DNA of 64,000 bases from Octopus sinensis. Lineage: Eukaryota. Positions 1 through 12,229 of this stretch are shown here, one piece after another. Numbering within the stretch: the stretch's first letter is position 1; each line of letters opens with the position of its first letter. Both the position numbers and the translations under genes were made by a program. The notes under the pieces are model-generated. The model saw only the letters and a program-made list of their open reading frames with translations, ran no database searches and was not told the origin of the DNA. Location of the stretch: assembly GCF_006345805.1 (NCBI RefSeq), contig NW_021834791.1:8866-72865 (forward strand), written 5' to 3'.

Positions 1-324
1 TGTAAAATGTTCTCCGTGTTTGAAAATTCAGCTTTGATACTTGTGTCAGATTAAAACATATAACAGTAGACTTTCTGCATTTTCTTTTCCTGTTGATATT
101 TGTTATTATTGCATGAATTTTTGCCTGTTAGTATTTTAAAATTGATTTGGATTGTCTTTTGTTCTTTATGATGTATTTAGGGGATTTGGTTCAAACTGAG
201 TTCCTTTTACAGTGACAAAATGTATTGCACTACGATGTTGTAGGCCTTATTGCCTGGGGGATTGTAGATGGAGGACTTGAAGTTGTTTGGGGGGATTGTA
301 GGCGGAGGATTTGCAATTCCAATA

Positions 325-645
325 CATTTCTTTGTTTTGTTTGTCTTAGTTTTTGGATATTGAATTTCTTGGCTCGTTGTATTATCGAATAAGGATGGTC
401 GTAATTCATGTCAAAGAGTGCATTCTTAAGTTCTTGGAGTTTTACATCACGTATATTTATATCGGATACTATTGTGCAAATCCTTTTGGTTAGATTATAA
501 GTAACATTCATTCCGGTGTGCCTCAGATGACCTGAATTGAATGGCAAACATTGCTTGGCGTCTGTAGATTTATTCTAAATGCCCGTCTCTGTTTAGTTGA
601 GACGGGAATTCTTTGTAAGGATGTCTAAAAATGGGAGTTGGTTAT
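325..645 (-). mobile_element. Penelope-like retroelement RT C-terminal/thumb fragment (decayed)
   Basis: Minus strand reads QLPFLDIL...KSTDAKQCLPFNSGHLRHTGMNVTYNLTKRICTIVSD...LQELKNAL with stops. This matches the PLE motif LPFLD...YLPFNSxHP...IPYNLAxRICxIVSD. Confidence 0.8.
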
Positions 646-883
646 GGCCATATTTAATGGTTATTTGTCGTCATCGGCATTAACTCATATCCGGGTCGTT
701 AATCTATAGCGAGTGATTGGCCCTCTTCACCCGCATGTGTGCGAAGGGTGACAGTGCCTGAAGTGGCTATTGAGTCATAAGGTGGTGGAGAAAAGCCGGG
801 GGCATTTATCACAGAGGAGGACTGGTGGGGGACGAGGAAATGCGTATTCCATTGAGAAATGTTGTCTCTCTCCTTTCGAATTG

Positions 884-972
884 ATACTAGAAGACATTTG
901 CTTAAGGTGCCGCAAAGTAGGACTGAACCCGAAAGCATGTGGTTGTAAAACGAGCTTCTTAACAACATAGCG
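884..972 (-). mobile_element. SINE family A, tRNA-like head remnant
   Basis: Reverse complement aligns by eye to the head of the full copy at 8905 (aagaagct...caaccacatg...gggttcagtcc...ggcacctt...gcaa.tgtcttcta). Confidence 0.65.
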
Positions 973-1194
973 AAATAATTCCCAATTAGAATGAACAATT
1001 TTCCACTTACAATTGCCACCCCTTAAGGAAGGGGAGAGATAATTTCAAGAGATTATATATTCATTTCACAAAATTAATATACGTACCCAAGTTTAATTAA
1101 GAAACGAAAAACAAGCAAACAATTTGTCGTAAAAAAACACAGCAATAAAACAAAACAAAAAAACGGAACAAATAAGTGTTTATAGATTTTGCAG

Positions 1195-1197
1195 AAC

Positions 1198-1257
<60 letters not shown>

Positions 1258-1311
1258 GACGGTGATGATGATGATAAGAAGAATGATGATGATAATGATG
1301 ATGATGATGAT

Positions 1312-1354
<43 letters not shown>

Positions 1355-1454
1355 CCTGGTGTACCTTTATCAGACGGGTAGTCATGATGGGTATATTGGG
1401 CTTCGTATATTTTACCCCAGTGTCACTTTGATGGCATGAACTGCTCTCTCACTC

Positions 1455-1497
<43 letters not shown>

Positions 1498-1567
1498 TAA
1501 TAATATAATAATAATAATAATAATAATAATTATAACAATAATAAAGATGGTGAGGATGATAATAAGA

Positions 1568-1605
<38 letters not shown>

Positions 1606-1833
1606 AAGTTTCAGGTAAAACCGACCACCATCAACAGCAACAACAACAACATGAATATTCATAAACAATGCGATAACTGTTGCCAAGGAATAATATACGT
1701 ATATAGGAAAATTAGATCGATAATAAAAATAGTAATTTTAGATAAAATTATTTTCTGCATTATCGAAAATTATCGATAATCAACTCAATTAATAGAATCC
1801 ATTCTTTCACTTTTCCTGGTTTTGGTTTTTACC

Positions 1834-1895
<62 letters not shown>

Positions 1896-2035
1896 CATCA
1901 CCACTATCACGACAACTACTACTGCTACTACCACTACAACCACTACTGCTGCTGCTGTTACTGCTGCTACGACTACTACTACTACTACCTCTCCTACAAC
2001 TAATACCATCATCACCACCACGACAACTACTACAA

Positions 2036-2075
<40 letters not shown>

Positions 2076-2141
2076 CACTACCACTACTACTACTATCACT
2101 ACTACCACTACTACTACTACTACAACCACCACCACCACCAA

Positions 2142-2189
<48 letters not shown>

Positions 2190-2190
2190 C
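1195..2190. repeat. Compound trinucleotide microsatellites (AAT, GAT, ACT/ACC)
   Basis: Directly visible runs at about 1195-1350, 1455-1600 and 1830-2190. Confidence 0.95.
1353..1455 (+). mobile_element. 3' fragment of the ~550-bp (AAT)n-flanked element
   Basis: Nearly identical to 57178-57281 (tgcctggtgtacc...ctgctctctcactca), with (AAT)n on both sides. Confidence 0.85.
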
Positions 2191-2639
2191 GCAATGATTA
2201 TTCTAAAAATAAAGAAATAAAATAAAGGTAAAAAAGACCAACTTGCGTATTTCCCTATCAGTTTCACTATCTTTAAATATCAGAAAAATCTAAATTCTGT
2301 TAAAAATTCCAGTTATTTCAAGATTTTGCCGAATCAACTTAAACAGAACAGCAGAACAATGATAATGGCAACTAACCCTCCATCCCTCCATCCCTCCATC
2401 ACCCCGCCTTCCCCACCCACTCACACATGCGTTCCTTTACTTACACAACAATATTAAACTGACAGTTTCCTCCTCCCTTACAGTCTCATCAACGATTTAG
2501 TAAAAGGCAATGAAACTAAATAGACGTTCAGGGGGAAATTTGATTATTGTAATAATGTTTTTTTTTAGTTGATGTTATTGTGAGTGTTTTTTTTGTTTTT
2601 CTGAAGAAAATATATGTAAATATGTATGCAGTGTGCATA

Positions 2640-2724
2640 TGATTGTGTGTGTATGTGTGTGTGTGTGTGCGTGCGCGTGTGTGGCTGTGTGTGTCTCTGT
2701 GTCTGTGTGTGTATTATGTGTGCG

Positions 2725-2762
<38 letters not shown>

Positions 2763-2797
2763 GTCTATAGATGTATAGATGTATGTGTGCGTGTATT

Positions 2798-2830
<33 letters not shown>

Positions 2831-3023
2831 ATATATATGTATGTATATATATGTATATTTGTATGTACAAATATGTATATTAAGGTATATATATATGTGT
2901 GTGTATGTGTCTGTGTTTCTGTATATTTGTACATATATATATATTTATATATATGCACATGTAAATAATAACAACAACAACAACAACGACAATAATAATA
3001 ATAATAATAATAATAATAGTAAC

Positions 3024-3063
<40 letters not shown>

Positions 3064-3120
3064 GTAGTAGTAATAATAATAATAATAGTAATAATAATAA
3101 TGATAATAATAATAATAGTA
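2640..3120. repeat. (TG)/(TA) and (AAT)/(AAC) microsatellites
   Basis: Directly visible. Confidence 0.95.
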
Positions 3121-4119
3121 CGCATGTATGTATTATCCCATTCTTCAGCAATGTTTTAATCTTGAACACGGATCGAAGTCTCTGCAGTATTAAAGCATGT
3201 AAGATGAGTCGAATTTATCGTCAATATTGGCAGCGGAATTGGTCAGGCTGACCCACAAGACAATGTTAGCTTGATCCACAGATTGTTGGGCTATAGAAAC
3301 GCATATACATACAAAACATAATGGGCCTTTTGTCGCTTCGACCAATGAGGGCTCAACAAGATACAGCAGCACAGTGAAGGTCGGTGAGAAATGACCATCA
3401 TCCTATGGCCGTCTGTGTACTGGGTGAGAGGTGAAGACTTTCCAGTAACATCGCCTTCCCTTCTCCTGCTGCCTCTTTCCCTAATTGTCAGCCACTGAAC
3501 GCGTGGAGAATGTGTGATGGTGTTGGTGCTGGTATTTTAGTTTGTTGCATAACCTGTACGATTAATATTATAATAGTTAGCATGGATTGTGCAGAGCTTG
3601 TTGCACTCTCAACCAGTGCAACAAGTCTGTTGAAAAGTCTGTGAGTGACCTTCTTCAGGAGGTAATTCCAGGATGTGAAAGTTAACTCGTAGTTAGAACA
3701 CCGGCAGGTGCTGGTAGTCCGGGTCAGTGTAAACCTGGAAATAATAGTGACTAAGGGGTGGTTCCACATCTTCGAAACCATAGAGCTCCATAAACCGGGT
3801 CCCCTTACTGGATGTAGTACAAATTACACCCAAGACAAATCATACCCAAGGCATACACACAGAGACATACATATATGCACGCGTATAGAGTAGAGTTCAG
3901 CCAGACGTCACCTGAAGGAAGTATGACATAATAACACGTACCGTGTTTTCGTTACTCGTTTAGGTGCCCGTATAGTCGCTGGAAGACTTAAACATCCCCC
4001 CAGCTGTTTCATCCTAGGCTCAGTAGATGATCCATGAAGTGAGTGCTGGAGAGAGAGAGAGAGAGAGGGGTTTGCGCCAGAAACCGGTTGAAGTAGATCT
4101 CATTACTACTGAGACACCT

Positions 4120-4243
4120 GGGGCGACTTGGAACCAAGGACTTTCTTTATTCAAGAAAATAAAGTGTTGCCCAGACTGAGAATTGAATTTACGACCTCAT
4201 GGTCGCGTGTTAGGACCCAAACCACTATGCCACGCACCTCCAC
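4120..4243 (-). mobile_element. tRNA-derived SINE head (old copy)
   Basis: Reverse complement gtggaggtgcgtggcatagtggtt...gaggtcgtaaattcaattc has A-box/B-box-like motifs and resembles the heads at 36865 and 37225. Confidence 0.6.
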
Positions 4244-4279
4244 ACTCAAATATATACACATACGAGCGCTTGTTTATTA

Positions 4280-5150
4280 TCAAATTACCCACATAAACAT
4301 AGACACATAGAAACACACATACACACACACATACACGCATGCACGCATACACATGTGCCCTCCCAGACACACACACACACACATTCGATGGATACACACA
4401 TATTCAGAGATACATCGACGCATGCACAAACACACACACACATGCAGGTACACGTACATGTGTGAATCCTCGCACAGAACGATATTAAGACATACAAACA
4501 TTAACGGTGAACATACATATATTCTCAAAGACACTAATGCACACATTCTTATACACACACTCACTCACGCACACATGCACACACACATGCACGCACGCAC
4601 ACACACGCGCACGCACACACTCGCACACAAGCACACTCATACACATACGCACACACAAATATACACACGGACAAACTCTCACATACACAGGCACAAACTC
4701 ACACGCACACACACGCGCATGCATGCACACATACATACACACATACACACATGCATACACACATACACACACAAACTGACACACACACATAATACACACA
4801 CGTACAAACTCTCACACACACATGCACACACACACTCACACACGCACAAACTCACACACACGAGCATACACACACACGCACAAACGTTCACACACACATA
4901 CATACACACACGCACAACTCACACACACACACACGCATACATACACACACACACGCACACACTCACACACATACATACACACATACACACTCGCACAAAC
5001 TCACGCACACACACGCATACATACACACGCACAAACTATATCACACACATACATACACACACACACGCGCACAAACTCACACACGAATGCATACACACAC
5101 ACATACATACACACAGACACAAACAGACACACACACAGATACGTGTATAT
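4280..5150. repeat. Long degenerate (CA)n tract
   Basis: Directly visible; explains the His/Thr and Val/Cys ORFs. Confidence 0.95.
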
Positions 5151-5399
5151 ACACTTTATCTGCTGTCTGATATTCTTGCAACAGTGTTTAGTTCCCCGTC
5201 TGCCTTTGTTTAATTAAAGAGGCGAATAACTTGAAATCTTTGAACAAATTTATCGCAGATATTCTACAATATAGCAAAAATCTAGCGCAGATTCAGTAAC
5301 AGTTTGGAGTAGAAGAAGGCAGCCATAAGTGGTTCCTGGAGAACTGAGTTGTCTTTGATGTTTTTCATTTGGCGAAGAGCATTAATTCATCGGCTGTAA

Positions 5400-5910
5400 C
5401 ATTCGGCCGGAAGTAAGAACATTTAAGATAAGGCAATTAGCCAAGCTTTAATATAGCCTCGATTTAAAAACGTATCAATTGATAACTCAAGAAGAAAAAA
5501 GGAAAAGAGGAAAGAAAGTAAAAAGGAAAGGAGGAAAAACGAACAGGGAAAGAATTTACAGTAAATTATTCCAGTAGTTTGCGATCTGGATGATAACGAC
5601 AATGGCGGCGGATGAATTCTGGCCAGTAGTTGGGTGTTTTTTTTTTGTGTTTGTTTGTGTCTGTGTGCGGTTATCTCCATAGTTTTATACTTCATAATAA
5701 AGAAGAGTCATGCAAAGCGACTAATAAATCAATCCTTGAAGTGTTATGCACCACTAACTACTTCGAGTTTTGCTGAAGTGAACACGACCAAGAAAAAGAA
5801 AAACCACATTGCGTAATAAACCATTGATTTGGTAATATCTAAACTTCTTTTGGCTGTGTTGTGGAGCGTAGGATCAACGAAATAACAAATAGTCGCCATT
5901 TTGGAAAATT
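5400..5910. promoter_or_regulatory. Candidate promoter-like motif cluster
   Basis: Unique sequence with ETS-like CCGGAAGT (5407-5414), YY1-like AATGGCGGC (5601-5609) and CGCCATTTTG (5894-5903). No transcript evidence. Confidence 0.25.
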
Positions 5911-6525
5911 TTAGTGGTATAAAGATTTAATCAGCGGCTAAAGTCCACTAAGTTGTTTAAATATCATTTATGTTTTTGATTTCTGCTTTTTGGTGTCTAT
6001 TTTGACAATTCTTTATGTGAGACTATTTAAAGATAACTCCATAAGGTGACACATTTGTAAGAAAATACTGCAGAAAATTTAATCAAGGGCCTACGCATTT
6101 CTACACATCACCGGTCTCACAATGAATAAATATATGTGGTGTCATTAAACTTGATGATAAAGTGTCTCTGCTTGTCTATCTCTTTATCTTCAGCTCTTTC
6201 TCTTTACACACACACACGCACACACACACACACATACACACACATACACACACGCACACACACACACACACACACATACATATGTGCGTGTGAGTGTGTT
6301 CGACATATATCCACAGTTGAAATAGTTACGCCCATCATTAGCCATATATTCTCGTGTCCTGCAGTGTTTCGGTTCTTACAATATACACCTTCATTCAGGC
6401 AACTCGACCAAGACCGATCGAGCCTAGCCCTGTGTTAAAGTAGAATGTACAGATTTCCACTGATCATTTCTTTTCAGCTAGAGTAGTCTGGATGCCTTTC
6501 CAGCAGTTACTACCTTGCCCTCGAC

Positions 6526-6589
<64 letters not shown>

Positions 6590-6623
6590 TGTATGTATGT
6601 ATGTATGTATGTATGTATGTGTA

Positions 6624-6844
6624 TAGTAAAGATTGTTTGCCAACATAACATGGCAGTCTTGACTTAGGACAAATGTTGCTGTAATTTAGCCCCAGGAGAC
6701 ATAGTCTCCAGCTGGCTATATGGCACGATCTGTCTCCTTATAATTTCGAACAAGGGGGTGCTACATTCCCTTGTTCGAAAATGTTACAGCAACATTCGTC
6801 CTAAGCCACGACTGCTATGTTATGCTGGCAAACAATCTTTACTA
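6624..6844. mobile_element. MITE with 61-bp terminal inverted repeats and TA at both ends
   Basis: tagtaaagattgtttgcca...tgttgctgtaa versus its reverse complement at the right end: 5 mismatches in 61 bp. The terminal TA is consistent with a Tc1/mariner-type target duplication. Confidence 0.85.
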
Positions 6845-7372
6845 CAAATTACTGTTGCTGAATATCGCAAGTTGTGAGATTTAAAATAGTAATTTTCTAA
6901 TATATATATAGAGAGAGAGGTTCAGCAAAATTTAGATTCAGATGAATATGGCACTTAAGTCAAAGGCTCCAGAATTTTGTATGGTACTATCCATATAAAT
7001 CCATGGGGTGATTATAATCAAAATAAGCAACAAGTATATCTTAGGTAATGTGGTACAATCGTTTCATGCTACTTCATTTTATTAAACATTGTAAGTATTA
7101 CATCAGTTTTAAAATGTTGAGCAATCTTCAGCCATTTATAGAAATTTTCCATCAAACGGACAATACATATTCTTATCTCCATTTCGTTTGCCAACATTAT
7201 AAAGAGGGTAGATATACAGGCAGAGAGGTTGATTGCATTCTTAAGAACATGATAGTATTAAAATTTACTCTCTGACTGAAGATTTTTTCACTTAGTTATT
7301 TAGATATGTTAGTGAGGAGGAGGGGAGGGATTTTCTGTTGGATGGAGACAAAGAATAAATAAATAAATATAT

Positions 7373-7454
<82 letters not shown>

Positions 7455-7480
7455 ACAGAGAGAGAGACAGAGAGAGAGAC

Positions 7481-7511
<31 letters not shown>

Positions 7512-8036
7512 GACAGAGACAGATAAATACACACATATATATGAGCGTGTATGTGTATATAATTAGCCACGACTAGAATATACTCTCAACTGACCACTTT
7601 AATAAAAGAAAATGGGATCCTCTCGAAAGAAAAGAAAACCTTAGACAAATTATATCAGGAAAATCAAACAAAGTAAGATACTTCGCAAGACATGAGCAGT
7701 TCTCAATCTCCAGTTGCAGTACCCGAACCGTACACCTGCGAGTTTGGTGACATCATTGAATCTACAACAGCCTTGAATCTATGCTCTGAATCTGGTTGGT
7801 TATTTACCAGAGTATTAGAAAGACTGATGGAAAAAGATGTATGTCTGTTTAGAGCAAAGCAACTCATGATGCTAGGGTCGTTATACAATAAGACTAACAG
7901 CATTCCGAAGCCAACAAAATGTAATTGTCTGTACAGGATCTGATACAATTTGTGAACTACTACAATATAACAATAGTATGACTAGAAAAATGCTTAAAAC
8001 CAATCAACTGTTTTATGTATGAAAGGGAGAACGTAG

Positions 8037-8463
8037 GGATCTTTTCGGTTTGAACGGCAGTTTTTCTAGCGGTCTCATATGAAATTGTCACCCATAATAT
8101 ACCCTAGTATTGATCTATTGCATTTCAATCTGTTTTAGGTTTAGAGTTAGAGTTAGGGTTAGGGGTGGGGGGAAGGGTATCTTTTTTTTCTTCACAAATG
8201 TAAATAAACCCAATCTGTTACTTAAACAAGGGACATATTCATACGATACAGAATGTTTTCACCTCAAAAGACGTCATTGATTGGTTGAAATTGCAGAAAT
8301 TGAAAAAAAAACCCAATAAATATCTTACAAACTATAGAATTTTCTCAATAAAGCCAAGAGAAAAAGATGTTTTATAAACACATTCTACCAGTATACGAAG
8401 TTTAAAAGTGTTTAGTTACGTGGAAATTATTAAAAAAAACTGCCGGTCAAACCGAAAAGATTC
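8037..8463 (+). mobile_element. Non-autonomous DNA transposon, GGATC...GATCC termini, 8-bp TSD (Merlin-like, inferred), with internal TTAGGG-like repeats
   Basis: 29-bp TIR ggatcttttcggtttgaacggcagttttt (2 mismatches); flanks gaacgtag/gaacgcag; ttagagttagggttagggg near 8140-8165. Confidence 0.8.
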
Positions 8464-8494
8464 GAACGCAGAAAAACGGAAAGCTCTTTATCTG

Positions 8495-8695
8495 TTTCGC
8501 CCATTCTTTCACTAGTTTCAGTTATTGAGTTATTGGACGGTGGCCATGATGGAACCCGCTTTATAATTTTTTTTTTCTCGAGCAAATCGACCCAGGTACT
8601 TATAATTTTAAAATCTGATACATATTTTATCGGTTTTCTTTTGTCGAACTGCAAAGTTACAGGGGCTTAAACAAATCAACACCGTTTGTCAAGCA
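8495..8695 (-). mobile_element. SINE family A, 3' half (diverged)
   Basis: Reverse complement aligns to 9135-9305. Confidence 0.65.
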
Positions 8696-8767
8696 AAAGG
8701 TGAAGGACAAACACACACACAACACACACACACACATACATACATCTCTCTCTCTCCCTCTCTCTCC

Positions 8768-8894
<127 letters not shown>

Positions 8895-8904
8895 GGTGTA
8901 TGTA

Positions 8905-9310
8905 TGCACAGGCGTGGCTGTGTGGTAAGAAGCTTGCTTACCAACCACATGGTTCCGGTTCAGTTCCACTGCATGGCACCTTGAGCAAGTGTCTTCTACT
9001 ATAGCCTCGGGCCGACCAAAGCCTTGTGAGTGGATTTGGTAGACGGAAACTGCAAGAAGCCCGTCGTACATATATATATATATTATATATATTTTTATAT
9101 GTTTGTGTGTCTGTGTTTGTCCGCCCACCACCATCACTTGAAAACCTATGCTGGTGTATTTACGTCCCCGTAACTTAGTGGTTCGCCAAAAGAGACCGAT
9201 AGAATAAGTACTAAGCTTACAAAGAATAAGTCCTGGGGTCGATTAATTCAACTAAAGGCAGTGCTCCAGTATGGCCACAGCCAAATGACTGAAACAAGTG
9301 AAAGAATAGA
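8905..9310 (+). mobile_element. SINE family A, full length, with internal microsatellite
   Basis: tRNA-like head (gtggctgtgtggtaagaag...ggttcagttcc), body, internal (TA)/(TG) tract at ~9068-9115 and gaata tail; homologous to 21890-22303. Confidence 0.85.
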
Positions 9311-9620
9311 ATAATATATATATATATATATATATATATTTCAACAATTGAGGGTAAAATTAATTAATTATTAATCAATTTCACCAAGTATTCAGTATGC
9401 AAAGGACCATTTAAGGCGAATTCAAATTTTACATTATATAAAAGGTTAGTAAAATAAATTACTTTGCCGCATACTGAACTCATTAGAAATAGTAGCTAAA
9501 AAATCTTTTTTAAAACTATTTCTAATACTTAAAGAAAACCTCTCTCATATAGTGTTTGCTCAATTCAACTCACGAAAGTATGGGGGTAAAGACATTAAAA
9601 AATCAAATGCAAAGGTTATT

Positions 9621-9671
9621 TGAGAACGTACGTTTCAAGATAGTCAACTCGACATTTCTATCATCAGCTCA
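9621..9671 (-). ncRNA. Type-I hammerhead ribozyme-like motif (inverted copy)
   Basis: Reverse complement: TGAG-CTGATGA-[stem II]-GAAAC-GTAC-GTT-CTCA. Confidence 0.6.
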
Positions 9672-10139
9672 GAACTCCTTGGTTTGGATTTGAAAACACT
9701 GAAAGTGGGAGCATACCCTTTCGGCTTCTTATCGCTTCTGAAGATCTGCTCGAAACTAACAGTGCCAGCAAACTCAAATATGCAAGCGAAGAATTTCTGT
9801 CTTTTACTTCGTGTTTTCGCCTTAAATGGCGAAATTTCGCCTTAAATGGTCCCTTTGCATACTGAATACTTGGTGAAATTGATTAATAATTAATTAATTT
9901 TACCCTCAATTGTTGAAATTATAATTCATCTCTCTCTATTTAATGCCTCGGATTTTACCGAAAAAAGCATAGTGTTTACTGATTTTAACCCCCGCTGGTG
10001 GAAAGGGGAGAGCAGAAATCTTCGCTTGCATATTTGAGTTTGCTGGCACTGTTAGTTTCGAGCAGATCTTCAGAAGCGATAAGAAGCCGAAAGGGTATGC
10101 TCCCACTTTCAGTGTTTTCAAATCCAAACCAAGGAGTTC

Positions 10140-10191
10140 TGAGCTGATGATAGAAATGTCGAGTTGACTAATCTTGAAACGTACGTTCTCA
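10140..10191 (+). ncRNA. Type-I hammerhead ribozyme-like motif
   Basis: Stem I TGAG/CTCA; core CTGATGA (10144-10150); GAAA (10176-10179); stem III AC/GT with palindromic GTAC loop; GUU triplet. Stem II is imperfect (U.U at its base). Confidence 0.6.
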
Positions 10192-10726
10192 AATAACCTT
10201 TGCATTTGATTTTTTAATGTCTTTACCCCCATACTTCGTGAGTTGAATTGAGCAACACTATATGAGAGAGGTTTTCTTTAAGTATTAGAAATAGTTTTAA
10301 AAAAGTTTTTTTTAGCTACTATTTCTAATGAGTTCAGTATGCGGCAAAGTAATTTATTTTACTAAGCCCTTTTATATAATGTAATAATTTGAATTCGCCT
10401 TAAATGGTCCCTTTGCATACTGAATACTTGGTGAAATTGATTAATAATTAATTAATTTTACCCTCAATTGTTGAAATTATAATTCATCTCTCTCTATTTA
10501 ATGCCTCGGATTTTACCGAAAAAAGCATAGTGTTTACTGATTTTAACCCACGCTGGTGGAAAGGGGAGAGCAGAATTCTTTAAGTATTAGAAATAGTTTT
10601 AAAAAAGTTTTTTAGCTACTATTTCTAATGAGTTCAGTATGCGGCAAAGTAATTTATTTTACTAAGCCCTTTTATATAATGTTATATATAATATATATAT
10701 ATATTATATATATATATATAATTATA

Positions 10727-10955
10727 ATAATTAGAGACAAAACCACTATTATGCAAATCAAACAAAGAAAGACTTAAGCCAATACATAAAATAATTTATA
10801 TAAATTAAATTTTAACAAATGAATAACCACTACGATCGTTTCGTGTCAGCACATCTTAGACATTCTTCAGGTGGTTTCTAAACCTAAAATATAAAATATA
10901 ATCTATATTTTTACGATATAAATATCTATATAATCTAAATATACATACATATATT
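10727..10955 (-). mobile_element. Short AT-rich hammerhead-bearing element ending at (TA)n
   Basis: Contains the HHR at 10825-10876, followed on the minus strand by ~100 nt of U-rich sequence running into (TA)n at 10680-10726. Confidence 0.55.
10825..10876 (-). ncRNA. Type-I hammerhead ribozyme (minimal, PLE/retrozyme type)
   Basis: Reverse complement: AACCAC-CTGAAGA-ATGTC(TAAGATGTGCT)GACAC-GAAAC-GATC-GTA-GTGGTT. Perfect 6-bp stem I, canonical core, 4-bp stem II over an A.C pair, palindromic loop III, GUA cleavage triplet. Confidence 0.8.
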
Positions 10956-10956
10956 T

Positions 10957-11108
10957 GACGGGTTTCTACACAGTTTCTGTCTTACAAATTCACTCACAAG
11001 GCATTGGTCAGCCTGGGGCTAAAGTAGAAGATACTTGCCCAAGATACTGTACCGTGGGACTGGACCCAAAACCCCGTGGTTGCAAAGTGAACCATGCCTA
11101 CGCCTCCA
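10957..11108 (-). mobile_element. SINE family A, 5' half
   Basis: Reverse complement aligns to 8905-9065. Confidence 0.75.
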
Positions 11109-11345
11109 ATAACGAAAGCGCCTAGAGTCGCATGAGAAAGATACACAGAAGGAGAATGAGAAATTGCAGTCGGATGAATGCACGGACAAGCAAGAGTGCC
11201 AAAGCATACAGACGAAAGAACCACAGCGGAGAGAAGTACTGGAACATTGTGGAAATGGAAAAAGGAAGAAACAACGATGGCAGCAAAAACACGAAGTAAA
11301 AGATGCCGAGATAAGTCGAAGAACGGTAAGTATATAAAATTGTGG

Positions 11346-11796
11346 GGATCTTTTCGGTTTACCCGGCAGTTTTTTAAAATAATTTCCACGTAACTAAAAA
11401 ATATTAAACTTCGTATACTGGTAGAATGTGTTTATAAAACATCTTTTTCTCTTGGCTTTATTGAGAAAATTCTATAGTTTGCAAGATATTTGTTGCTTTT
11501 TTTTTTTCTTCAATTTCTGAAATTTCAACCAATCACTAACGTCCATTCAGGTAAACAACATTCTGTGTTGTATGAATATGTCCCTCGTTTAAGAAATAGA
11601 TTGGGTTTATTTACATTTCCGAAGAAAAAAAGATACCCTTCCTCCCACCCCTAACCCTAACCCTAACTAACTCTAACTCTAACCCTAACCCTAAAACAGA
11701 TTGAAATGCAATAGATCGATACTAGGGTCATAATTATGGGTGACAATTCCATATGACACCGCTAGAAAAAATCTGCTGTTCAAACCGAAAAGATCC
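11346..11796 (-). mobile_element. Second copy of the Merlin-like MITE (opposite orientation)
   Basis: Same GGATCTTTTCGG...CCGAAAAGATCC termini and body as 8037-8463; (CCCTAA)-like run at ~11650-11693. No TSD seen. Confidence 0.85.
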
Positions 11797-12229
11797 GTAA
11801 ATTATTACAAACAAAAAGAAGAAATAATGTAAAATGAATTGATGAACAAACAAGTATTTAAAATGTTTTTTTAAAAAGTTACTTTTCATTTGTAAAAAAA
11901 AAAAAAGGACACATATGAACGTTTATTTTAAAAGCAGGAAATGAACGGAAAGGTCACGGTTTCGCATTGTAGCGAAACTAGAGGTGGTTTTAAGTTTAAT
12001 TGTAAAGTGTATTTGTAAAGTTAATTGTAAAGTTTAATTGTAAAATTTAATCGTAAAGTTAATTGTATTTTCTGTTGTAAAAAAAAGACACATATGAATG
12101 TTTATTTTAAAAGCAGGAAACGAAAGGAAAGGTCACGGTTTCGCATTGTAGCGAAACTAGAGATGGCTTTAAGTTTAATTGTAAAGTGTATTTGTAAAGT
12201 TAATTGTAAAGTTTAATTGTAAAGTTAAT

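Larger units (their letters stand above)
9340..10682. mobile_element. Inverted plus tandem array of a hammerhead-bearing short element (PLE pseudo-LTR/retrozyme-like) between (TA)n tracts
   Basis: 9340-9798 is the reverse complement of ~10012-10456; ~9835-10015 recurs at ~10393-10575; ~10275-10380 recurs at ~10575-10682. Confidence 0.8.

Noticed and set aside
2484-3200. Acceptor at 2483 and a possible 50-nt exon at ~3151-3200
   Set aside because: The first hits stops quickly in all frames and the second has no supporting homology; such signals are common near pyrimidine tracts.
3430-3780. Possible LINE zinc-finger relic on the minus strand
   Set aside because: Only a vague Cys/His pattern with stops; not enough to assign.
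7692-7948. Overlapping 83-aa and 81-aa ORFs; possible exon 7714-7838
   Set aside because: No recognisable domain and a weak acceptor; cannot be told from chance without RNA data.
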